Part shown: in pieces, positions 38,501-52,141 of the stretch | Layout of the letters: every line of letters begins with the position of its first letter | Position numbering within the stretch: position 1 is the stretch's first letter | Assembly (NCBI GenBank): GCA_964016885.1 | Contig: OZ024740.1 | Location: 362,452,001-362,516,000, forward strand | Direction: 5' to 3' | DNA from: Eledone cirrhosa | Lineage: Eukaryota | DNA length: 64,000 nt | The notes under the pieces: model-generated | What the model was told of the DNA's origin: nothing | Database searches by the model: none | The model's input: the letters and a program-made list of their open reading frames with translations, nothing else | Position numbers and translations under genes: made by a program

Positions 38501-38999
38501 TGTATATACTAAAATATAAGTCGTTTGAGAAATCCAAACCCAAGGCAGGTAATTAACATATTATATTTAGATGGTGCAGTTTTGAAATTCTCGTAAGTGG
38601 GGAATATATATGTGAAGTATTTTGATATTTAAAATGTTTTAAGTGTTGTTAATATAGTTTTTGCTTTACAACTCCATTTACCAATTTCCGACCATTTTGA
38701 TGGCCATATTCATTCAAAACATACAAAAACAATAAGAAAAACGAATCATATTGAGATTGAAACTGGTGTAACATTCACCCTCAACATAAAACCAGTGTAA
38801 TATTCACTTCCAAGGCTAAAATATTTTTGCACTTTAGTGAAAATCGGCAAAATATTGACCTCAAATACATGACAACCCCCTATTTTACCATAATTTTTTT
38901 TTTTTTTGTCACACATTTCTCGGCTTCTATACTAGTGCATATGGTAGATCTTATTCTAGCTATTATGCTTTCAAAGCAATTTCCTCAACCGATAAATCA

Positions 39000-39750
39000 G
39001 TCACTTTTCCAACAAAAGTTAACTACTTCTTTGAAACCTTCCCTGGATTGGAAAGAGTTTATTTCACTGGTGTTCTTACTACTATCCATATGCAGCTGCC
39101 ACATACAAAGTCTACCTTTTCTGTTAGTCTGCCTGCTATCTCACTGAACCTTGTGTCCTCATAATTTAGAGTTCCAACCTACTCCATTTCTACTTCCCTA
39201 CTCTATTTCTACTTCCCTGATGGTATTAGAGTCTTGTTTTCTTTCCTACTTTAATATTTAATAAGTTTACTGAGCTCTTTTGGTTCTAAGTTTTCTTCTA
39301 TAGCCTTTTCACAGATTCAGCTATAAAAGCTGGGTCATTAGTATATACAAGTTCTCAAGATCAGCCTGTGATAAATCTTTCTGTTATGGTATGGAAAACT
39401 ATAATAAACAAACTCTTTGTTGCAAAGCGACGTCCAACTCTCTACCAGATATAATGCCTTGCATTTAGCTAGGAACTTTTCTTGTAGTTGTTTCACTAAG
39501 ATGAGAATATCTGGAATGCTCCTTCCTTCACCAAATGATTTCTGCATCTCAGTTAGATGGGTCCAGTAGCTTTACAAATGTTCATATTCCTGATTGCACC
39601 TTTGACTCTATAACAAATTTGATAGCTGGTTGTTCTGTTGAGTCTCTCTTTTTTCTCCCCATTTTCTATATTTATCAATCTCTCATAATGACAGTTCCAG
39701 ACCTCTATATAAGACACTATATCTTAATATTCATTGATATAGGATAAGAA
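39000..39750 (-). mobile_element. Old RTE RT fragment
   Basis: MQKSFGEGRSIPDILILVKQLQEKFLAKCKALYL, homologous to 13813-14352. Confidence 0.7.
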
Positions 39751-40009
39751 GCCCACGAGATACTATTACAGCTTTCAAATAACTAGTTTTCAAATTTGAT
39801 TGTCTCTGTTTTTATTTAAAATGAAATAGTTCTTCTATTCTAATAAATAAATAAAAATAAAAAAATTATCGCTCTACATGGCTGAATACAATAAATGTAA
39901 TCTGAGTTTTTTGAATATTAATAATAATATTCGATTCGATTGTAATTATGCAAACAGTTTTTCCAATTCTAGATACTATTACTTAAAAAGATTAATATAT
40001 ATCTATCTA

Positions 40010-40300
40010 GGGCCAGTAAAATTCCCAAGATCCATGGACAAGTTCTCTCCAGCGGTCTCTGTCCCTTATCATCGCTGCCATGTCCTGCGTCTCCAAGAGA
40101 ACAGTGTTTGTCCTTAGGGAATCAACATATGTCAACCTTAGTCTCCCTCTTCTAGTGTGTCCATGCAGGAGCACTGAGTGCAGTGTCAACTCTGGATGTT
40201 GGTGAGAATGTCCAGCTAACCTCAGTCTCCTCTGTGCTACTCTCGAGCTGACTTTTGGGAGGCTCCCGTACAGCTCTGAGTTGAGGACTTCCTGTATCTG
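40010..40300 (-). mobile_element. RTE-group LINE C-terminal fragment (third family)
   Basis: ELYGSLPKVSSRVAQRRLRLAGH...RGRLRLTYVDSL...DRDRWRELV. Confidence 0.8.
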
Positions 40301-41124
40301 GGAACAAAGATTGGGAATAATATATATAAAGATACCTAAAGAAATGATTTACTATTTATTAGCATATTTCGAATGAAAGTCGCTACCAAACATTTCCAGC
40401 AATTTAGAAAGATTTAATAATATAACAAATTTTCTCATTAAGTTGATGGAACATACTTAACAAAGGTTCTCATATAAAATTGTGATGGAAGGCTTTTAGA
40501 TAACTATAAACACTTAAAAGAAACAGCTATGTGCCATAGAATCAGAAACAGTTTCAGGAAATTTGGTACTAAAGGGTTAAGTAGAGATAAAAGACTTACT
40601 CAGTTACAAGTTGGAGAAAAACAAATTGTTCAGAAATTATGTACTGTTGTTACTTGCTCATTTAAAAACATTATTACCTTGTATGCTGCACTAATCACTG
40701 ACTTCTATTCAGATTTCATAAAAATAATGTCATACTTATACATAAGCTGCTTTTCTTCATCATGAAGTTATGTAAAGATATCTTCTTTGAAACAGTATTT
40801 GCCAGAAGCATTATTCCTACTATATTTCAATATAGAAGTGATTCTTCATACGTTTGTATACATCTATCCAGTTAGGAGAAATCCTGAATCACAAATCAGT
40901 TGTAAGTGACATAAACTATAATTTAGGTAGATGGTATTGTACTGAATGATGTAAACAAAGAATTGGAAATGAATTGAAATTTGCCTCCTAGTTTTAAACT
41001 ATAAATATATTTGGTACATTATACTAAATGACACTTTCAGTATATGTTGCATGCATACATACAAGAAATAACAAAATACCTAATGCATAAAAAGATGCAC
41101 AAAAGGGATATGATGCATAAAAGA

Positions 41125-41285
41125 GATATGACAACTCTGTGGAATAATCATTGAAGGTGTTATCCACATTATAAGCAGCTGTCCAAAAATGTCACCACAA
41201 TACTATCTACCTATGAAGCATGATGTAATAGCCAAAACACTATACAATGTAATCCGTAGAAAGGATAGACCTAAGAATAAACTTA
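41125..41285 (+). mobile_element. R4/Dong-like fragment (CCHC region)
   Basis: LCGIIIEGVIHIISSCPKMSPQYYLPMKHDVIAKTLYN. Confidence 0.75.
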
Positions 41286-41509
41286 TAAAAAGCTTCTTTG
41301 AAACATCAAGTGAAATCAGTGTCATGAGTAGGGAATTTTTTTTTTCCAGGTTTGAAACCTTATTAAATTATGTTGTCTTGAGCTTCTCTAATAAGGTTTC
41401 AAAAGTGGAAAAAAGAATTTCCCTGCTCATGATACTGATTTCACTTGATATGTTCCAAAGAAGCTCATACCAATGTGGAATAGAAAAAATCTCTAGTCTT
41501 TGTGTCATG

Positions 41510-41714
41510 TTAACCCTTTTGATAACATTTGAAATTGCTTTGTTCTAAAGTAAAATGTTATCAAAAAAGACCTTCAATTACAATTTTGTGTTAGAAGATT
41601 TGTGAAGATATGTTCAAAATGTTATTTATGTTTCTAAATGCCTCTATATTCTTCAATATTTACAAAATGACTTTAAAAGTATCATTTATTAGAAATATGG
41701 TTATGAAAGGATTA
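41510..41714. mobile_element. piggyBac-like non-autonomous element (abundant family)
   Basis: TTAA-CCCTTT ... AAAGGA-TTAA ends; AGAAATATGGTAAC motif recurs near 28920, 41690, 50285, 53045, 55755 and 55960. Confidence 0.6.
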
Positions 41715-43659
41715 AGTATATTTTGCATTATTTTTTTGATGTCACTTTGCCCAGGAAGGATCATGCTGACATGGAATGGCAACATCCTTGAAGTGAAAAA
41801 TAGAATTGTCAACAGTTAGTCTTTAAATATTTTAATTAATCCTTTTGTGACTTTATTTCTATTGAAATGTATTGCTTTTGATTTTCAATATGTTAGATAA
41901 AGAATTTGCCAAGTTTTGTTAACATAATTTCATTTATCATTATCAAGCTGGTGTTTGGAGCATAACGTAATAAAAGTTCCTATATAAAATCATGTTTGAA
42001 CAATTTTGTGCTGTGGAACCAGTAGGGTTTTAGTTGGTTCAGTATGAAGAGGATTGACATCTGCTACTCAACAGTTACTCTCTTGTTTTCTCTCTCAGCA
42101 GCAAACATGTAGTTACCATTCCACCTTCCTCAGTACCCTCTCGTCATACTCCCCAACTCACTTTACTGATCTCTATGCTTGTCTGAGGACACAAAAACCT
42201 CTCTAGTAACGGTGCCATGATAAAATGCAGCCAATACACTCCACACTAAATCATACCCAGTAAAAATAGTTGGTTTAGGAAGGACATCCAATTGTAGAAA
42301 CCATGCCACAATTAAATGTATGAGTAATATATGTTTTACTGACTCATCTAGTTTTAGACTGTGACAACCTGTTTTCCAGCAATGGAAACAATGGACATAA
42401 AATGACATACAACATTTTAACAAAGACTCTAGACTTTTGAAGTGAACCTGCTAATCTATTTCATCTTAGGTTCAGGACATCATGGATTTCTTAAGAACCC
42501 CTTAGACTGCATGGTTGTATGGGCAACATGATTGGTTTGCTATGAAGAAGGATTGAACTCTGGACATATTAATCTTGAGGTGTAGATCCCAAAATGAGGG
42601 ATATGTCCCCTTAAAATCAGATATTTTGTTGATGAGTCAATGAAAGACCTGCTACATGATCATTCAGTCTGTTAGAAATACCAGCCAGATGACTCTCAAA
42701 TCATATGCATCATTTAAAAAGATAGCAAAGTCACATTAGATGATCTAGTTTTGAATTTAGGTTTGTTTAATCAGATTTGTTATGGGTTAAACAACAACTT
42801 TTGCAGGCAATGAAAGAAAAAAAACCCCAGCCTAGACATAGCCACAATAGTTTTAGTTTAGATGGGATACATCATCATCATCATTGTGGTTTTATGTCTG
42901 CTTTCCATGCTGTCATGTGTTGAATGAGTTGTCATGGTTTGGGACTAGACTGACCAAAGAGGCCTCATCTTGCTCATATGTTCCATATCTAGCATGGTTT
43001 CTATGGCTGGATGTCCTCCTTAGTACCAACCACTTCAGAGATTGTGGTGGGGACATTTTATCTTGACATCAGCGCTACCACTTTACAGGGTGCACTTGGT
43101 GTAATTCAATGTGATACCAATGCTAGAGATGTTGTCATATGCTTGGCCACACTGAAGAGTTCTCTGTAATCTATATTTTCTCTGTTCAATTGACAGAGTG
43201 CACTGGGTGCATTTTATTGTGCCATCAACACTAAAGAGATTGTTAGGTACTTGACAGAGTCAGAGGATCCACTCTACTCTGTTTTATCTTGGCCTGTCCA
43301 CCCTCTACTTTACAAGGGGCAGAGTATGGAATTCATTCCATTGTGACACTGGAAGTAGTTTAGTCCACTACAGCTAAAGTTTCCACCTAGTCTCATATCT
43401 CTTGTCATATTTACTTTTAGCATCTCAGTGCTTAGACTGCTGTGTATGTCTTCTGAAGTACAGCAAATCCCCACTCATTATATGTGATTGTCAAAAAAGT
43501 AACAGGACTAGTGTAATGTGTAAGCTACGAGTGGGGCAGGGATTTGCGACTTGTGTCACTAAGTGACATAATATCCAAGAAGTATATAATTGTGATCTCA
43601 GCTCTCTGCACCTATTGTATGTATTTTTATGTGCTTTTGCTAACAGCTTCTCAATCTTA

Positions 43660-43975
43660 GGCCATTGAACAATAGGCACAAAGCAACAAACCAGCCTGAA
43701 GTTTCTGGTCTGGCTGGGAAACCGAACTAGACTTTTCCTTTTTCCCCAAGCTCAAGATTATCAAGGAGACCCATTTCCTATATGTGGAAGTCATCAAGAG
43801 GGTTGGGATGACAGTTGTGGCGGATCCCAGCAGAATCCTTCCAGGACATGGCACAGAAGGATGGGTAGGTGCATTAGACTCAAAGGGGATTATTTTAAAG
43901 AGGAAAACTTGTAGTTTACATTTGAAATATTTTTTGTGACCATAGTCTTGTTTCTTTTCTGACACTTCATATTTG
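43660..43975. mobile_element. Degenerate mariner remnant
   Basis: Mariner-like terminus (GTCTTGTTTCTTTTCTGACACTTCATA) and decayed transposase-end sequence. Confidence 0.45.
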
Positions 43976-44248
43976 ATTTTAATCACATTTTAAATTGTTC
44001 ATGAACAGAAATACTTTTACTAAAATATTTCATGATTCATGTAACTTGGAGGACATAACAAAAATAGTTTTCATTCCACTGTATTATTACAGTCAGCTAT
44101 TTTACATGTGCTGGTAACTTATCAATATTGTTTTTGCTTTTATATATATATACATGTGTGTGGGGGTGGGGGGTGTATGCATGTATATATATATATGTAT
44201 GTGGTGACGAAACATAAGTCAATTGCATGAACTCATAATCCTTTATTT

Positions 44249-44304
44249 ACTGCTATATATATTTCGATGATAGCCATTGAATGGCTATGACCTCATCAGG
44301 CAGT
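44249..44304 (-). ncRNA. Canonical minimal type I hammerhead ribozyme
   Basis: Minus strand ACTGC-CTGATGA-GGTCATAGCCATTCAATGGCTATCATC-GAAA-TATATA-TA-GCAGT; TATAAA about 35 nt upstream and CCAAT further upstream (pLTR layout). Confidence 0.88.
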
Positions 44305-45233
44305 TAGTCAGTTCTTAGATATGCCAGCTCTGTGTTTATAGTGTTGATTGCATCAGAGCCTTGGGACATATGAGCTTGTTAGGAATAATTCAATGTTGTC
44401 AGCAGGAATAATCTTAATTCTTATTGGTCAGTTTGTAGATGCTAGTAGGATTGGTATTTGACCTCAAAGAGGCAGGTGGTGTTGTAAAGTTCAAACCATC
44501 AGGCAAGATGACAATAGTTCCATATGACTGATTTTCACAAAAAGCATTCCTGGTCAGATATATATTTAATTAAGGTTAATAGTATGAAATAGATACTACA
44601 GGTCATTCTTAAATTGAGGAATTTATGTGGAGTGGTGCTACTGAAAATTATGGTTAGAGTAGAAAATTTACTCATGTAGGTTGGCTTGCATGTACACTCA
44701 CACCCACCTCCACAGACACACACACACATCCACACATACAAATTGAGGAATTAATGTGGGGTGGTCATACTTAAAATAATGGTTAGTCAAATGCTTAGAA
44801 AGTTTAGAAATAAAAAGACTTATGGTGGTTGACTTGTACATACACTCACACCTACCCCCTCAGATACACACACATATCTACACACACAAATCCATACATG
44901 TGTGTATATATATATATATATGTATGCACAAGTGCATATATATATACCCACCCACACTTTTATACCTCTGGATGCACGTGTATGTCTATATACACATGTG
45001 CACTCATACAAGAGAGCATATACAAATATACTCTTAAGCATACACTCCTCAGGTTCAATAAACGTGGTTTTATTGACTCCTAACCAGTAGAGGATCCGGT
45101 GGACAATCCACCGTAGGGACCACAAACTATGGGTGGTTGTTGTTGTCCATTGGTCATTGGTATGGGGTGTAGGGGACCTACAGGGGTGTGTGGGGGGGGG
45201 GGGGGGGGCGTTGTGGGAGGCCATAACTGGGGT

Positions 45234-47398
45234 TTATCCATATAGCTTGAGGAAAGTTCCCGTCCTTAGGTGTCTGCAGGCACCGAATAAGTCAGCCCTT
45301 CTGTTTAATAGCTTGGTTCCGCCATGAAGTATCTCGAGTGTCTCACTAAGACAGAGGTTGCAAATACCAGACCCACCTCTGTCTGGGGGAACCTTTCTAA
45401 CCACGGACCAGACCAGAGAGTGCGGGGTCTTTTCAAGTTTGAGCTTCCAGATCAATTCAGAAAAGGCCGTACATTTCCTCTTTTCTATTCTGTTAAAGGA
45501 ATGGCAATGGTTATACCACCTATCTTTGAAGCTCGTCGCCGTGGATCCTATGTAGTGGTCCTCCGAGTTAGGGGTTGTGACCTTGCACCTGTAGACTACG
45601 TTTTTCGTCATGCATTCATTACTAAGGGGACATAGTGATGGGTCTGTGCAATTTCATGACTTCTTAAGCCCCAGCACATGTACCGCGTGGTTTCCATCAC
45701 TCAGGGTTGGCTGGGTAGCCGCCGCAATCAGCACAGGGTCGTTGGGTTCCGGTGTGCTAGTTGGGCCTGTCCAGGGTCTGGTGTGTCCCGCGTGCTGGTT
45801 CCGTTGGGTGGCTCCAGGGTTTACGGTGGTATTAGAGGCAGTGAGCCTATTCCTATTTATGCCGGCTATGTGCTGGGCTACGGAGCGTGTGGTTGAGTAG
45901 GAAAGTTTCACCGTGTGCCTGTTGAATATTTTATGGTACTTGTGGGCCCTAGGGAAACATTTATCCAGTACTCTAAAGAATGTTCTAGCAAGGCTGGTAC
46001 GTAGCCCCACTGAGTACGGGGGGTTATACCATGTGACCTTCCTGGTCCTATTCTTGCGGGGTTGTTGGGTGTCCGCCGTGGTCCATCGTGGGGTTGTGCA
46101 CAGCTCAGGTCGAGCTCGGTTGTTGTTACTCAGGTGTGCGGAGCGGCCACTATCATGAGGGTTATATGGGCCCACCGTGGGGCTATAAACCTGCGCGGTT
46201 CAACCTCCCTGCTCAATGAGCATTCCGCGGGTGGTGGGGCCGGTGTAGGGGTGCCTATGATCCACACCGCAGTCGTCTTCAGCATTGTAGGTATTAGACC
46301 GGTGGGGTATGCGGGACCTTCTACCGGGGGTGGTGACAGATAGGGGTCTGGGAGTGTTACTACTGGTCACTGAGGTATTAGGTGGGCGACTCATGCCCCT
46401 GAGGGTATTGGCTCGGGGTACCCTTGGGTCATCTCGATCATGTCCCTTAGGGTTATAGGTGATCCTATGGCTGTGGGACGTCTTAGCTAGCGCTGAGTTA
46501 TAGTAATCAGCATTACTATTGAAGATCTCTTTATTGGCAGACAAGTTAGAGATCCTGTCAGAGACACTCTTAACTACGGCCTTAGACCCAGCGTTGATAT
46601 ACACCAGCTTCTCATTAGGTTTATGATATGGGTGGTGTAACTTGGTGTTGAGGTTGAGGGTGGTGTCCAGGAAATTCACTACTTTTCTATTGGGTTCCAT
46701 CTCTACTTTAAGTCCTACCTTGCTAAAGAAGTATCTAATTCTCCTCTTCATATTTTCAACCATTGTGGTGCTGTGGTCCACGACGGTGAAGAGTGCATCG
46801 TCTCGGTACATTCCACCACCCAGGTTGGATATTTCGCTCCTGATTTCGTAGAGTATGTATATCCCAACCAAGTCCGTTAGCTGTGCGGAGTCACTGGAGC
46901 CCATTGTAATGTCAAAATTATTTGGCCAGTCACTCCGGGTCCATCTGTCCACCCCGAATCAGATCAGGGTCTTTCTGGAGGCATGTATGATTTGGACCTC
47001 GTCGCGCGTTAGGTCTGTCCTATTCATCACGAATATGAGTGCTTTGTTCAGGACTATGGGTGAGATAGAGAAATAGTAATTGTTGATGTCTAGTTGTATG
47101 AAGCTAGTCCTATGTTTGTCAGGTAAAAATGTAAACCAGTCCAGCACCTGGCTGGTGCAGGACCAGAGTTGTAATCTTATTTTACTCTTCAGTGTGGGCA
47201 GGATCCTAAAATGCTTTTGCTAATAACCCCCATGTCTGACCGGGAGGGGGCTATCAGTCTGACCGGCAGGTTAGACTCAAAGTTTGGTTTGTGGTCCTTA
47301 ATGGTAATCCTCGGCTCCCTTAGTTGGTATGGGGCCGTCCTATCATCTATGCCAAGACCAGATACAATCTCATAAGCCTTGATGTTGATATCCTCCAG
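45234..47398 (-). mobile_element. Penelope-like element (Neptune type), RT plus GIY-YIG, frameshifted, 5'-truncated at (TA)n
   Basis: PRITIKDHKPNF, FIQLDINNYY, FDITMGSSDSAQLTDLVGIYIL, GMYRDDAL, VNFLDTTL, KVTWYNPPY, NVVYRCKV...YIGSTATSFKDRWYNH. Confidence 0.95.
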
Positions 47399-47642
47399 GG
47401 TATATATATATATATATATTATATGTTGAAATTATTAAAATTCTTGATTATGAAACATTTTTGTTGCTGTTTAAAGCTACAAACGTTTATTTTATTTGTA
47501 TTTGATTTTTTATGTTGCCTCTTATATTTCATATAAATATACATTGAAATAATTTACTCTAATAGTTTATTTTTGTAAAATTTTTATTTGTAATGAAAAT
47601 ATGTAAATCAGCTGCATATTAAATATATGAGCCAGTTCCTTA

Positions 47643-49036
47643 TCTATACTATAAAGCTGACGGCTGTATGTAGGTAACAAACTTTCCGCCAAACGGCTGG
47701 ACCAAACAGCACCAAATTTGCACCATAGATGTAACTTTTTCCAAGTAAAAAGTGAGGGTATTTTTGACTACTGAATTTTGTTCAAAGATTAAAGACATTA
47801 TTTAAATATTCACTTCTTTAAAATTTCAAATGTCAACACTTCCGGTTATACGCCATTCCTCACTTTTTCTTATGACGTCGCACAACATTCCCCTCTTTTT
47901 ATTAATCTTCCTTTTTAGATAGATACATAGCTATAACGTAGTGACCTTATAATATGTCTCTGTATGCCTGGCTGTCTGCATTAGATAACGTTTTTCGAAA
48001 TATTTACTTCTGCGTTCACAGACGGATTTTTTTAGTTTCAGAAGATCCCGTTAAGGGTGAAAGCAGCGATTCTTTGCTTAAACTTTAATATGTTATTTTA
48101 ATATATATGTTCGTGTACAGATATTTTTGCATACACAAAAACAAAAACCTATTTATTTCACGAAAGCACAGACAGCTTATCGTCATTGTTACTGTTCGAG
48201 GTTAGAGGACCACAGTCTTTCCATCAATGGCCATCAATGTTCCACTTACTGTTTGGCTTGCCAGATGCGTGGTATGCTACATGATGACAGCCATTGGCAC
48301 CTCACCCTCAAAGAAGCAGCAACTGCTAAAGTCCCTTCTCAGCTGCAAAAACGTTTTGCTATTATGCTGCACAACTGCGATCTCGCCGACCCTCTCACAC
48401 TGTGAAATAACCACCGTGAAAGTCTAGCTAAGGACATCCTCCACCGCACACGCAGACACAATCCAAACGTAACATACGATGTCGTTTTCAATGAGGCGCT
48501 CATTTGTCTTGAAAACAGTTTCCTGGAGATTGGTGGTAGGCTTCTAAGTCACTACAGCTTACCTGCTCCTGACAGGAGTGTCCAGAGGTCAATGTCTACA
48601 GAGCTTCTCCGCGAGACGAGCTACGAAATCAGTGATTCTCCCATGGCCAATTGTATGTAGGATTCTCTCGGGTGAGCTCGCTAAACAATATTTTCATCTT
48701 TGCTCCAGAGAGCCGAACAAAAAATATTATATACTCTGAGGCTCTAACAATGTAATTTAAATATTTTCTGTTACTTGGAATTTCTATTATGGTTGTACAA
48801 ATTATTGTTCAGCCTTTATTGTTGTAACTATCAATTTTCTTTAACGTACTGGCTGCTGAACTGGGGAATCCTAAAAACTATTCAGACTCAACAACATCAG
48901 AGCACGTTAATCCCCCCCCCCCCTCGCTGACTTGAGAGGGCGTGCGGTATCTTTGCACTGGAGTGTAGGGGGGATTCCGGAAAAAAGATAAAATGCTGGT
49001 ATACCTAGCCGGGCGCTAGCTGAACGGGCCAGCTAG
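47643..49036 (+). mobile_element. Internally deleted Helitron
   Basis: A|TC 5' end, GC-rich hairpin then CTAG|T 3' end; RepHel remnants ACQMRGMLHDDSHWHLTLKEAA...QLQKRFAIML and helicase end SHGQLYVGFSRV...TKNIIYSEAL. Confidence 0.88.
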
Positions 49037-49481
49037 TTAAATATATGAGTCAAATGTCTATTAAATCTATAAATGCTAAACTGTACTACAGAATATACCT
49101 ATAGATCATAGCCAACACTGTATGCATAGATAGGTGTAAGCACTTTGTCTTTATATGTAATATCTTCATGGTCAGAAAAAGAGAGATCAAACAAACTAGT
49201 TTCAATCCAGTGTTGAGATTTTATCAGTGACTGAGTACTCACCATTTCATTCAATTTAGTTAATCTGATAGATCAGTCTATAACATTTAATTATCTTTAG
49301 CAGATCTCTCTCATTAGTTCTCTTAAAATATTGCTAAATAGTAGGAGAATGGTTTTATGAAATTTGTAACATAAGTTGTATTTGTGTGCTGGAGAAGTGT
49401 ATTTTAACATTTTGAGCATCATGCCTTGAAAAAAATATGGCTTAATAGTTTTACTTACTTGTAATTGCTGTTGTCATAGCT

Positions 49482-49770
49482 CAGGCCTCCTGTGAGGTTG
49501 CATCTCATAGCAGGTTTCTGTGGTATTTTAATGATATGGGCTTCAGTTCTATCATGCTGTTGTTACAACTCACACCTATGTAAGTTTATTAGGCCTCCTG
49601 TAAGGTTGCATCTCAGGAGGTTTCTGGGAGTGTTTTAATGATAGAGGTCCCAGTCCTATCTTGTTGTTCTTACAGCTCACACCTATGTAGGTTTCACAGG
49701 TCTTCTCTGCAATTGCATCTCAAAGGAGGTTTCTGAGGCAAAATAATAATAAAGGATGCAGTCTTTATCG
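49482..49770. repeat. ~107-bp tandem repeat x2.7
   Basis: AGGCCTCCTGT..GTTGCATCTCA..GAGGTTTCTG..TTTTAATGATA..CTCACACCTATGT; single related copy near 27686-27736. Confidence 0.85.
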
Positions 49771-52103
49771 ATTACAGTCAAGTTAAGCTTGGTTTAACCT
49801 TCTATTGCTCTTGGATTCATAAAAAATGTTAGAATAACATAAATTAGTTGTTGAAAAAATAGACTATATTCAGTAAACTCTATACAGTGGTTGGCATTAA
49901 GATGATGATCCAGCTATAGAAACCATACTAAAATATAGACCATATAAGTAAGATGTAGTTATCTGATCATATCTTGCCTCAAGCTATCAACTTGTCCAAC
50001 ACATGTCAATATGGAAAGTGGATGTTAAATGATGATGATGATGATAATTCTAGCATATGAAGCTTCTGTGATATTAAGTATTTAATTCTTTTCAAACCAG
50101 CCGAGCCTAGCCCAGCTTCTATGAAACAAAACCATCCATTTTAAAAGTTTCCTGTTTATATTAAAATCTTCCAACATAATTTTATATAAGAACCATATGT
50201 TATTATCTTAGTAATGAAATAATTATTTTAGTAAAGTTTTCAAAACTCTTCCTTAATTAGTTGAAATAGTGTGTATTTTATTAGAAATATGGTAAAAAAA
50301 TAGGTTAACTATCTTAACATTTATCATTGTTGGAATAATTCAAAATTTATGTTTTGTATATATTACATGGTCACAGATCGAGGGTCAGCAATCATTTAGA
50401 GTGTACAAACCATATTGGGCAAGCCACATAGCTATGCAGTGTCTCATTGGTGAGCCATGATATCAAAATATAATAAATTTGCTTGACCTCAGATTGATCT
50501 GTCCAGAAGGCTACCTTAATCCCGGGATTTAAAGAAGAAAAATGAATTTTATGTGATATTACTTTAATGGCAGTCCTTACTATAAATAAAATACAGGCAG
50601 AAATGGTAAATTGAGATACTATCTGTCTGAGTTTGATTGTTATTGTCACACAAATAATTACATTCAACTAAGGAAGTATTGTGACTATACATGTTCTCTA
50701 GTCGGTTTTCTAATCCAAAATAATTCAGAGCACTTTTTTAGGGATCGCTTAACCTAAGATTGAAACCTGTTGGTGGGCCGGACAAAAATCCTTTGCAGGC
50801 CAGATGTGTCCTGCACATCAGGGGTTGCCAACACCTGACACAGATAATAAAAGATTCCCATGAATGTGAAGTAATAGACTTGTTTTTCTTTCAAACACAT
50901 GTTAATAAATAGTGAACAATTATTTTTATGTATTAAATATGCTTGTCTAGCATAACTACTTAGTCCCATGTCTTAAATAAAAAAAAATATGCTTTTATGA
51001 TATGTGACCATTAATGGTGAAATTTACATAGAAAATATTCTATATTTTAAAAACAGTTATAGTTAATCTACTATTTAACATACTGTAATGATTTGGCAGA
51101 AATAGCTACAAATAGGTTTGTTAATTCACATGTTTATAGCATCTTCTCTAGTGGACAGACTTGTGAAAATTTGCAGTATTAAATAAAATTTTTATTGTGA
51201 TACAGTCATTACATAGTTTGTACTTTTCAGGAATGTTTTGTTAATGTGGTTTTGTGTGGTTTTTACTAGTGTACAGATTGTGTGAAAGTTTGTAGTAAAG
51301 AAGTAAAGATAAATTTTTAATGTGATGCATTCATGGTATTTCTTACTTTTTAAGATATTTTGCTAATATGGTTTCATGTGGTACAGGATATGATTTAAGC
51401 TAACAATCTCAGAATTAGCCCAAATACTACCAGTACAATTATTTATAGTTATCTGCATTGTGGCTAACATATTTCAAAATTTCTTAAACTTGAGTTTCAA
51501 TATATCATTTCTTTCATTGTTAACTGTGGCATGTTAAACAAGAATAGTGAGTTTATTACTAAGTAGGAAGGTATGACTTCACAACAACAATATATTTATA
51601 TTTAGATCGAGGACTGCTTTTTCAGTAAATATATAGGTTAAAAAGAACATCCTGCTTAAACAGTATTGAAAATATGTTTGTCTCTTTTTTATACCTTGTT
51701 TGTGTGTATTGGATATATATTAATTCCAATGAGTGTTCCAGTTATTTGAACAATGGAACATCCTACTTGTGAAATTATCATGCAAGTGGCTGAGCATATG
51801 TAACTTTAACACAGTTATCAGAGAGGTTCATCATGACACACTGTGTAACAAAGGTTGGCCTTTTGAATTTGTGGTACAACTCATTTGTGCCAGCTGAGTG
51901 GTCTGGAGTAACATGAAAAAAGTATTTTACTCAGACACAATACACCACTTGAAATAAAACTTTCAATCATGTTTAATACAATTGAAAACTAAGTAACACA
52001 TTGCTGAGTAGATAAATATTGATATGATAAAGTAATAGTGTTATTGGTATAAATGGAAGCCAGAAAAAAAAATATTTTACAGTATTTAATCTGATATCCC
52101 CTC

Positions 52104-52140
<37 letters not shown>

Positions 52141-52141
52141 A

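Noticed and set aside
40872-40901. Possible 30-nt micro-exon (CAG|...|GTAAGT, LGEILNHKSV)
   Set aside because: Weak pyrimidine tract and no supporting neighbouring exons
44980-45062. Minus-strand CTGAGGA followed by a GTGTATG/CATACAC stem at the PLE 3' end
   Set aside because: No GAAA or stem I partner found, so it cannot be called a ribozyme
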